The translations under genes were made by a program, and so were the position numbers. A stretch of DNA of 32,000 nucleotides from Archaeoglobus fulgidus DSM 4304 (GTDB taxonomy: Archaea; Halobacteriota; Archaeoglobi; Archaeoglobales; Archaeoglobaceae). A model generated the notes under the pieces. It saw nothing but the letters and a program-made list of their open reading frames with translations. It was not told where the DNA came from and made no database searches. Each line of letters begins with the position of its first letter. The stretch's first letter is position 1. This document shows, piece after piece, positions 24,727 through 32,000 of this stretch. The stretch covers positions 720,001 to 752,000 of the forward strand of contig NC_000917.1 in NCBI RefSeq assembly GCF_000008665.1. Reading direction: 5' to 3'.

Positions 24727-26159
24727 ATCTCAGATTAACCGCCAGCATACTTGGAAAACTGCTCATGCTGTTCTCCTTCTCCTTCATACTTCCCCTGATA
24801 GCCGCCCACGTTTTCGAGGAGCCTTATCATCCCTTCCTGATTCCTGCCGCGCTCTCCCTCCTTGTAGGGGCAGTTCTGGGGTACGGAATTAAAACTGAGA
24901 GCGAATTCGATTCTCTGAGGCACAAGGAGAGCTTCGCAATAGTTGCGCTAATCTGGCTTTTCATGTCAATCTTTGGCTCAATTCCGTACATCATTTTCGG
25001 AATCAGTCCCGTCGATGCATTCTTTGAGTCCATGTCCGGCTTTACCACGACCGGCGCATCGGTCCTGACTCCTGAGGAGCTTCCAAAGTCTTTGCTTTTG
25101 TGGAGAAGTCTAACGCAGTGGATAGGGGGAATGGGCATAATCGTTCTTTTTCTGGCCATATTCCCAAACGTGGCGAAAAGAAGCACAGTGCTGTTTCAGG
25201 CGGAGTATCCCGGAGTGAGCCTTTCGAAGCTCAAGCCGAGAATCAGGGATACGGCATTATCCCTCTACAAGGTTTACCTCCTTCTCACCATTGCCGAAGT
25301 AGCCTTGCTGTACGCTCTTGGCCTCTCTCTGTTCGACGCAATCAACCACACTTTCACGACGCTCTCAACGGGCGGCTACTCAACGCACTCAGAGAGCATA
25401 GCCTTTTTTAAAGACGTTAGAGTGGAGGCGGTTGTAGCCTTTTTTGCCTTCTTGGGCGGGGCGAACTTCGCATTGATTTACTTTCTGCTCTCCGGAAAGC
25501 CCGTGATTTTTAGAAATACCGAGTTTAGGGCTTACGTCTGCTTCCTCGCCTTGGCTTCGGTTGTTATAGCAGCTGTCAACCTCGACAGATACAGCATCTT
25601 TGAATCGCTCAGGTACTCGATATTCCAGGCCGTTTCAATCATGACCACCACCGGCTTCACCACGGCAGACTTTGATGCGTGGAGCGACTCCGCCAAGCTC
25701 ATTCTGGTAGTTCTCATGTTCATCGGAGGGTCAAGCGGCTCAACAGGAGGAGGGATTAAGGTCATAAGAATCTACCTTTTAATCAAGTACGCTGTTCACC
25801 AGATTTTGAGGGCTGCTGAACCTAGGACAGTGAGGGCAGTGAAATTTGAGGGAAGGGCAATTAAAAAGGAAATCCTCGACGACATCGCTGCCTTCTTCGT
25901 TCTTTACATTTTGATTTTTGCCGTTTCGTCAATTTTAGTCTCCCTCTCCGGATACGACATAGTAACCTCAATCTCAGCTACCGCAGCAACTCTTGGAAAT
26001 GTCGGACCCGGACTTGGACTAGCGGGGGCGGCGGAGAACTACGCGTCGTTTCCCTCTCTAACCAAAATTCTGCTTGCCGTCAATATGTGGATAGGCAGAT
26101 TGGAAATCTTCACGGTTGTGTCTCTATTCATACCAACCTTCTGGAGAGAAAGGTGGTAA
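24723..26159 (+). CDS. trkH: Trk-type K+ transporter membrane subunit
   Basis: A polytopic protein with repeated M1-P-M2 selectivity-like motifs (TTTGAS, LSTGGYS, TTTGFT, GSTGGGIK). ATGA overlap with trkA. Confidence 0.9.
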   Translation: MNLRLTASILGKLLMLFSFSFILPLIAAHVFEEPYHPFLIPAALSLLVGAVLGYGIKTESEFDSLRHKESFAIVALIWLFMSIFGSIPYIIFGISPVDAFFESMSGFTTTGASVLTPEELPKSLLLWRSLTQWIGGMGIIVLFLAIFPNVAKRSTVLFQAEYPGVSLSKLKPRIRDTALSLYKVYLLLTIAEVALLYALGLSLFDAINHTFTTLSTGGYSTHSESIAFFKDVRVEAVVAFFAFLGGANFALIYFLLSGKPVIFRNTEFRAYVCFLALASVVIAAVNLDRYSIFESLRYSIFQAVSIMTTTGFTTADFDAWSDSAKLILVVLMFIGGSSGSTGGGIKVIRIYLLIKYAVHQILRAAEPRTVRAVKFEGRAIKKEILDDIAAFFVLYILIFAVSSILVSLSGYDIVTSISATAATLGNVGPGLGLAGAAENYASFPSLTKILLAVNMWIGRLEIFTVVSLFIPTFWRERW

Positions 26160-26284
26160 AGGAATGTGGTAGCAATAAACTTGCAATTAAGTTTACCATT
26201 AGTCGGAAATAAAAGAAGGAATTTTTTATTCTGATGTGCTACTAGAAGAGAAAAGTTTTTAAAAAATACTTATCACCTTCTATC

Positions 26285-28018
26285 ATGAACGTACTTGGTG
26301 TGGAAGGAGAGAACATCCGAGAGGTGGACGTGACAAAAATAAACCGCGTTTGGACTAAGTTTTACGATGAGGGTGTGAGAGCAAACATCGATTATCCGGT
26401 AATGCCCGCTTACAGGATTCTTGAAGATGCCGCCGCGTCCGATCCCGACAAGATTTGCTTCGAGTTTTTCGGAACAAAGTGGACCTACAGGCAGATGAAG
26501 GATGCTTCGGATAAGGTCGCAAACTTCCTGTTCGACATAGGGGTTGAGAAGGGAGACAGAATCGTCGTTGCACTGCCAAACCTCCCGCACTACGCAATCA
26601 TAGCCAACGCAATATACAAGGTGGGGGGCATAGTGGTGCAGTGCAACCCGATTTACACCGAGAGGGAGATCAGATACATCGTAAAGAACAGCGGTGCAAC
26701 AAGGATGTTCGCCTTTGAGGGGATGTATCCGAGAATAAGGCCCCTAATCGAGGACGGCACGCTTGAAAAGGTTGTGATATGCAGAATTGAGGATTTTCTG
26801 GGGTTTGTGATGAGCGCACTTTTCAAGGCGTTTCTGAAGAAGAAGATGGTCGGTAAGGTTGATATCGACAGGAGGAAGGAGGTTGTTTTCTGGCAGGACG
26901 TTTTGAAGTACGAAAGAACTGACAAGAGGGCTGAAATAAACCCGAAAGAGGACGTGGCAATGTTCCAGTACACGGGCGGCACGACAGGATTCCCAAAGGC
27001 CGTTATGCTCACCCACTACAATCTCGTGGTGAATGCTTATCAGGTTGCTGAGTGGGACCCGAGAACGACGCCAAGCGACGTTGCTGTTGGTTGCTTGCCG
27101 GTCTTCCACGTTTACGGCATGACCATGCTGAACTCATCGGCGGTTCTGAGGATGAAGGTCATTCCAATCCCCGACCCGAGGGATGTTGAGGCAATACTGA
27201 AAGCCGTGCACAAGTACAAAGCCACAACCTTCACCGGAGTGCCGACTATGTTCATAAGCATGCTCAACCATCCGAAGCTTAGCAAGTACGACTTAACTAG
27301 CCTCAGGGTCTGCGTGAGCGGTGCCGCTCCCCTGCCTGTTGAGGTGAAAAGGAAGTGGGAGGAAATCACCGGAGGAAAGCTTGTTGAAGGCTACGGGTTG
27401 AGCGAGGCTTCCCCTGTTACGCACTGCAACCCGCTCTATGGGCTTAATAAGGCCGGAAGCATTGGAGTTCCCTATCCCGACACCTATGCCGTTGTGATAG
27501 ACGAGGAGGGCAACATTCTCCCGCCCGGTGAGGAGGGGGAGCTTGCCATATACGGCCCTCAGGTGATGAAGGGCTACTGGATGATGGATGAGGAAACTGA
27601 AAAAACTCTGATCAACGGATGGCTTTTAACGGGGGACATGGCGAAGATGGACGAGGATGGCTACTTCTACATCGTGGACAGGAAGAAGGATATGATTGTG
27701 GCAGGAGGTTACAACATCTATCCAAGAGAGGTTGAGGAAGTTCTCTTCGAGCATCCCGCTGTTGCTGAAGCTGCTGTTGTCGGAGTGCCTGATCCGTACA
27801 GAGGAGAGACGGTCAAGGCCTTTGTGGTCTTGAGGCCAGAATACAAGGGGAAGGTCACGGAAAAAGACCTGGACAAGTTCTGCAGGGAGAGGCTCGCTGC
27901 CTACAAAGTACCGAGGCTGTACGAGTTCAGAGATGAGCTTCCGAAGTCCCTCGTTGGGAAGGTGCTGAGGAGGGTTCTGAGGGAGGAGGAAGCAGAGAAA
28001 TTAAAGAAAAAGAGTTAA
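26285..28018 (+). CDS. fadD: Long-chain/medium-chain fatty-acid--CoA ligase (AMP-forming)
   Basis: The AMP-binding motif is [12 protein letters not shown], with GYGLSE and the TGD...[12 protein letters not shown] motifs. Substrate chain length cannot be read from sequence. Confidence 0.88.
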   Translation: MNVLGVEGENIREVDVTKINRVWTKFYDEGVRANIDYPVMPAYRILEDAAASDPDKICFEFFGTKWTYRQMKDASDKVANFLFDIGVEKGDRIVVALPNLPHYAIIANAIYKVGGIVVQCNPIYTEREIRYIVKNSGATRMFAFEGMYPRIRPLIEDGTLEKVVICRIEDFLGFVMSALFKAFLKKKMVGKVDIDRRKEVVFWQDVLKYERTDKRAEINPKEDVAMFQYTGGTTGFPKAVMLTHYNLVVNAYQVAEWDPRTTPSDVAVGCLPVFHVYGMTMLNSSAVLRMKVIPIPDPRDVEAILKAVHKYKATTFTGVPTMFISMLNHPKLSKYDLTSLRVCVSGAAPLPVEVKRKWEEITGGKLVEGYGLSEASPVTHCNPLYGLNKAGSIGVPYPDTYAVVIDEEGNILPPGEEGELAIYGPQVMKGYWMMDEETEKTLINGWLLTGDMAKMDEDGYFYIVDRKKDMIVAGGYNIYPREVEEVLFEHPAVAEAAVVGVPDPYRGETVKAFVVLRPEYKGKVTEKDLDKFCRERLAAYKVPRLYEFRDELPKSLVGKVLRRVLREEEAEKLKKKS

Positions 28019-29028
28019 AGCTTTTCTTTTCTTAAATCTATAATCTGCTTCAGCTCAGGTCCGGTGGAGATGAGCGTTACCGGAACCCTGACGTCCTCCT
28101 CAACCTGCTCAATGAACTTTTTCGCTTTGGGAGTAAGTTTCTCCCACTCCGTAACCCCGTAGCACTCCTTGTCGAGCTTGTCCACTCCGGTTATCGCAAC
28201 CTGCGTTGCGCCGTTAACCATTGCGGAATAGCGAGCGAACTCTCCGTCCCAGTAGCCTATTCTCCTCCTCCTTCCGGTCACGGTGCCGTACTCAACTATG
28301 CCGAGCTTCTCGGCCTCCTCCTGAGGCATTTCCGTGGGGAACGGACCAGCACCAACTCTCGTCGGGAAGCACTTGAAGACGACAATAACGTCATCAACCC
28401 TCGTCGGCCCAACCCCAACGTCCGAGGCTATGGCCGAGGCAGTTGTGTCCTTAGACGTCACATACGGGTAGGTTCCGTAGTACAGGCTGAGACCGAACCC
28501 CTGGCTCCCCTCTATCAGCACAAACTGTCCGTTCTCTATAGCTTGATTCACCTCAAGGGGGACGTCAGCAAGGTAGTCTTTGAGTTCTGGAATGTCCTTC
28601 GCCTGCTTTGCAACTCTGTTAACCCTGTCAACATTCGCCGGCCCGCAGCCAGTTCCGGTCGTGCCGATTTTCTTGCTCAGGTGCTCGCTTCCCTTGTCAG
28701 CCTCAATGTGCTTCGGCTCAATTATCGCACACCTGTAATCAACCCTCGCCCTGTCCCCAACCTTCAGAAGTTCAACCTCTTTGAGAAAAACCTCGGGATT
28801 GACGAGAACTCCGGCCCCGATCAGCAGTTTCGCGTCCTTGTAAACGAACCCCGACGGAATCATCCTCACTCCAAACTTCTGACCGTCAATCTCCACTGTG
28901 TGGCCCGCATTTGGCCCTACGCCTCCCCTGGCAATAATAACAGGCTTATCGCTGTGTGCAACGTGAGCCACTATCTTTCCCTTCCCCTCATCTCCCCAGA
29001 ATCCGCCAACAATTATCGTAGCTCCCAT
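28015..29028 (-). CDS. purA: Adenylosuccinate synthetase (short archaeal form)
   Basis: Contains the GDEGKGK P-loop, GPNAGHT and TTGTGCGP motifs. Length 337 aa. Confidence 0.95.
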   Translation of the reverse strand: MGATIIVGGFWGDEGKGKIVAHVAHSDKPVIIARGGVGPNAGHTVEIDGQKFGVRMIPSGFVYKDAKLLIGAGVLVNPEVFLKEVELLKVGDRARVDYRCAIIEPKHIEADKGSEHLSKKIGTTGTGCGPANVDRVNRVAKQAKDIPELKDYLADVPLEVNQAIENGQFVLIEGSQGFGLSLYYGTYPYVTSKDTTASAIASDVGVGPTRVDDVIVVFKCFPTRVGAGPFPTEMPQEEAEKLGIVEYGTVTGRRRRIGYWDGEFARYSAMVNGATQVAITGVDKLDKECYGVTEWEKLTPKAKKFIEQVEEDVRVPVTLISTGPELKQIIDLRKEKL

Positions 29029-29108
29029 AACACTGACAGTCCTTCGCAGGGGTTTATTTGGTTTGCGATTTTTGGAAAAATGGTAGGTTTGAGTTAAGGT
29101 TTAATAGA

Positions 29109-29318
29109 TCAAATGAAGCTCAGCAAGCCAAGAAAACCACCGGCAATCGTCGATATGAAGAGGAGAAGGAAGTTTAACACCTGCAGTGCAAGGCCTCCTG
29201 CGCTGAGCAGCACGAACGGCGACACCACGAAAATCGACCCAAGGATGAGTCCGGCGAGTCCTGCAAGCACACCGAGGAACAGTCCCAGCCCAGAAAGCAG
29301 AGCAACGAGCAGTATCAT
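29109..29318 (-). CDS. Small hydrophobic membrane protein (69 aa, 2-3 TM), hypothetical
   Basis: The sequence is almost entirely Leu/Gly/Phe/Ile-rich. The ATG is preceded by GAGGTGGTTGG, a good SD at 5 nt. Competing ORFs in other frames lack such signals. Confidence 0.55.
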   Translation of the reverse strand: MILLVALLSGLGLFLGVLAGLAGLILGSIFVVSPFVLLSAGGLALQVLNFLLLFISTIAGGFLGLLSFI

Positions 29319-29386
29319 CCAACCACCTCATGTTTTATCACTACATTTTACTTTAGTGTTGTTAGTAACTTCTCGTTAGCGATGTG

Positions 29387-29425
29387 ATATTTAAATTTTT
29401 CTGCTTAGATTTGCAAAGCTGCAAA
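29387..29425 (+). promoter_or_regulatory. TATA-like ATATTTAAAT (29387-29396) followed by the perfect palindrome TTTGCA-AAGC-TGCAAA (29410-29425)
   Basis: Read directly from sequence. The geometry, with the palindrome where a TSS would fall, resembles auto-repressed archaeal promoters. It lies upstream of the small wHTH ORF. Confidence 0.35.
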
Positions 29426-29548
29426 CACCATCTAAAACCTTATATTGTCCAAAAAGGATTTAAGGGCGTGAAGGTAAAGGACGCGCCCAAAACAGCCACC
29501 TCCATCATAGTGAGGTCAGCATCCAATGCTAGAATTTCCCAGTCGAAG

Positions 29549-29866
29549 ATGCCAATGCTTGAGCTGATGCGAAGAATTTTCAGGAAGGAAGAAGTTGCGC
29601 TTAAAGCTGTGAAGTTCCTCACTCTGGTCGAGGAGAGGCAGAAGAGCGGGAAGCCGCTCAGAGTAGAGGAGTGGGAGCAGATAATGGAGGAGCTGGGAAT
29701 GGTGCGCTCCTCTTTTTACTCCATGAGGAACAAGCTTCTCGGAGCGGGGATGATAACGATCAGAAATGGGGAGTATCATCTGTCTGGAGCTTTCAGCAAG
29801 GATTTGGTGGATATGGCGAGGTGGTGGTGGGTTGTCGTTCTAGGCTATGATCCAGAAAGCCTCTGA
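29549..29866 (+). CDS. Small winged-helix (wHTH) DNA-binding protein, hypothetical regulator
   Basis: [42 protein letters not shown] reads as helix-turn-helix plus wing. The start is uncertain. The first ATG is at 29549, but GTG at 29468 is possible, and the track's 29384 start lies in promoter-like AT-rich DNA. Confidence 0.5.
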
Positions 29867-30726
29867 GCTTCGAGCTTCTTTATTCTTCTCTCAATCTCCT
29901 CCGCAAGCAACCTGTCCCCCATAGCGAGGTTGTAAGCCTCTCTGAGCTTCTCAACGTCTCCGATTTCCTCACCCCACTCCATCAGCATTCTGGCAATCCT
30001 CCTGTCGATTCCGGGGTAGAGAGACCTCAGAGAGGTGTAGATGAAGTAGGCCTTCTCGTAGTTGCCCATGCTCTCGTGGATTTCGGCCATAGCCAGCCTT
30101 GCCTCAACGGTATCCTTTAGCCTGAGCGACTCTTCTATCTTCTTCATCCCCGCTTCGGGGTTGCTCATCGCGAGACTTCTGCCCCACTCAAGCAGAACAC
30201 TTGCCTTTGCGTCAATAACGGCATCGGTTTCAGGCAGAAGTTCGAGAATCCTCATGGCCCTCCTGTAGTCACCCTCCTCCGAAACTTCGAGAGCGAAGAA
30301 CAGAACCTTCTTTACGTAGCTCTTGAAGCCGAAATCCTGAAACTCCATGACGAGCTTTGCTGCATCCTCATACTTTCCGTCCGAAAGTCTGCGCTCTATC
30401 GCCTCTTTCAGAAGAAGGAACATGTTCTGGAGAACCCTCCTGTCCCCACATTCCCTCAGCTCCCTCAAAGCGGTTAAAAAAACCGCAAAGCACTTTGCCT
30501 CATCCTCACCCTCCAGATACCTGGAGAGCCTTTCGGATATCTTGGCCACAAGATACACAGCTACGGGAGAGTCCCTGAGCAGAATCAGATACTTGTTAGC
30601 CTTTTCGGGATAATCGAAAATCTTCTTGATGGAGTGAAGAACGATCGGGTCGCTACCAATTGCCTTCAAAACTTTAACGTCCTCTTCGTCAATAAAATTG
30701 GCCACACTCTCAATGAACTTTTCCAT
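29845..30726 (-). CDS. All-alpha TPR-like repeat protein, hypothetical
   Basis: The sequence is helical-repeat rich (e.g. [18 protein letters not shown]). Start set at ATG 30726 ([11 protein letters not shown]), because the track's upstream 64 codons run through the 3' end of the acyl-CoA dehydrogenase gene in another frame. Confidence 0.65.
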
Positions 30727-30760
30727 GAACTTTTCTGGAATGTAATAAATAAAAAGCTTT

Positions 30761-31906
30761 TCATAATCTGAGCTTTCCAGCAATGGCTCTCGCGATGATG
30801 AGCTTCTGTATCTCGCTCGTACCCTCATAAATCGTTCCAACTCTGGCATCTCTGTAGTAGCGCTCGATGTCGTACTCCTTGCTGTAGCCGTAGCCGCCGA
30901 AAATCTGCAAAGCTTCATACGTTGCCTTAATCGCAGTCTCGCTGGCGAAGAGCTTTGCTGCAGAGCTCAACGCAGGATTCGCTTTTCCCCTATCAATAAG
31001 CCAAGCGGCCTTGTAAATCAGAAGCTTAGCAGCCTCAATATCCTTCCACATATCAGCGAGCTTGAACTGTATCGCCTGATGCTCTATGAGCGGTTTTCCA
31101 AAGGCCTTTCTCTGCTTCGCGTACTCCAAAGCCCTTTCGTAGGCTCCAACAGCCATTCCGAGCTGAACGGCACCAACAAACACCCTGCTCTCGTTGAAGA
31201 ACCTCATAAGCTGGTAAAAGCCAAAGTTCTCCTGGCCGATAATGTGCGTTTCGGGAACGAAAACGTCCTTCAGGTATATCTCCGCAGTATCGTGGCAATT
31301 CAGCCCCATCTTCTTTATTCTCCTCGCTTCATACCCATCCCATCCCGTTTCGACGAGAAAGGCGGAAATTCCTCTGTAGCCAGCATCAGGCTGAGTTTTG
31401 GCGAGAATCACAACCCACTCCGAGACGCTGCCGTTGGTTATGAAGGTCTTGGTTCCGTTAAGCTTCCAGCCCCCATCAACCCTTTCCGCCTTTGTCTTTA
31501 TGGCCTGCACATCGCTCCCCGCATCCGGTTCGGTTATGGCGATAGCCGAGGGCGTCTCACCCTTTACAACTTTCGGCAGATACCTCTCCTTCTGCTCCTC
31601 CGTTCCAAAGTACTTGACCATCGGGCAACCAAGGGAAGCTGTCAAAACCGCTGAGCCTATGCTGCTGTCAGCCCTTGTGAACTCTTCAGCAATTATGGCG
31701 CATCCGAGGTAATCGAGCCCCGCACCACCGTACTTCTCGGGAATGTCCGCAGCCACATAGCCGAGCTTGGCGGCTTTCCTGAATATTTCCCAGGGATACT
31801 CTCCCTTTTCGTCGTACTCCTTGCCGTAAGGCATGATCTCCTTTTCAGCAAACTCTCTAACGCTGTCCCTCAGAATTCGGTGCTCCTCCTCAAACTCAAA
31901 GTTCAT
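30761..31906 (-). CDS. acd: Acyl-CoA dehydrogenase
   Basis: It shows the three-domain ACAD pattern with GLNCHDTAE and the C-terminal [15 protein letters not shown] motif. Confidence 0.92.
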
Positions 31907-32000
31907 GATTTTAACTTCTCATTTTCAAAATATAAGATTTGCCACTTTGTTGTAGGGCAGTTAAATAGTGGCAGACAACTCATTCCATAAGTTCGGCGGT

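Noticed and set aside
29101-29379. ORFs 29101-29331 (minus, MRWLDDTARCS...) and 29113-29379 (plus, MKLSKPRKPP...)
   Set aside because: Both overlap the hydrophobic 69-aa frame. They encode Arg/Pro/Ser-rich low-complexity sequence and lack SD signals.
30727-30918. N-terminal 64 codons of the track's 357-aa ORF
   Set aside because: They run through the acyl-CoA dehydrogenase 3' end in a different frame with Ser/Thr/Arg-rich sequence. The ATG at 30726 lies just after the acd stop.
1-32000. Search for tRNA, rRNA, CRISPR arrays, long direct or inverted repeats and intact IS elements
   Set aside because: No GC-rich cloverleaf-like segment appears in any intergenic gap. There are no regularly spaced repeats and no ribosomal RNA-like stretch. 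This is only an eyeball scan, so tRNAscan/Infernal-type searches would be needed for certainty.

Overview
The window is about 90% coding, has short gene overlaps (ATGA, GTGA, TGATG), GGAGGTG-type Shine-Dalgarno sequences, AT-rich TATA-like promoters, and Glu/Lys/Arg-rich proteins. This fits a hyperthermophilic euryarchaeal chromosome. Several proteins match my unverified recollection of Archaeoglobus fulgidus: ferric reductase FeR, the open-pore ferritin, desulfoferrodoxin and SerA. I support about 38 genes, in this order. (1) The end of a D-lactate dehydrogenase-like gene, then a lactate-utilisation Fe-S cluster: a GlpC/GlcF-like protein split by an in-frame TGA, then LutC-like and LutB-like proteins. 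(2) An orphan protein, serA, a THEP1-like NTPase and trm1. (3) Two secreted proteins, a pectin-acetylesterase/Notum-family hydrolase and a beta-propeller protein. (4) acyP, hisF, a small MazG-like protein and a nicotinate phosphoribosyltransferase. (5) A LIV-type ABC transporter operon with an embedded Usp gene. (6) A 550-bp AT-rich gap holding a frameshifted, possibly transposase-derived remnant. (7) A six-gene oxidative-stress/iron operon: ferritin, desulfoferrodoxin, two rubrerythrins, ferric/flavin reductase and an uncharacterised all-alpha protein. (8) pelota, trkA, trkH, an acyl-CoA synthetase and purA. (9) A small membrane protein, a small wHTH protein, a TPR-like protein and an acyl-CoA dehydrogenase. 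I found no rRNA, tRNA, CRISPR array or intact mobile element. Nothing here is demonstrably a new system. The candidates most worth follow-up are the FeR-containing stress operon with its unknown sixth gene, the secreted esterase/beta-propeller pair, the split Fe-S subunit, and the small wHTH locus with a promoter-proximal palindrome.
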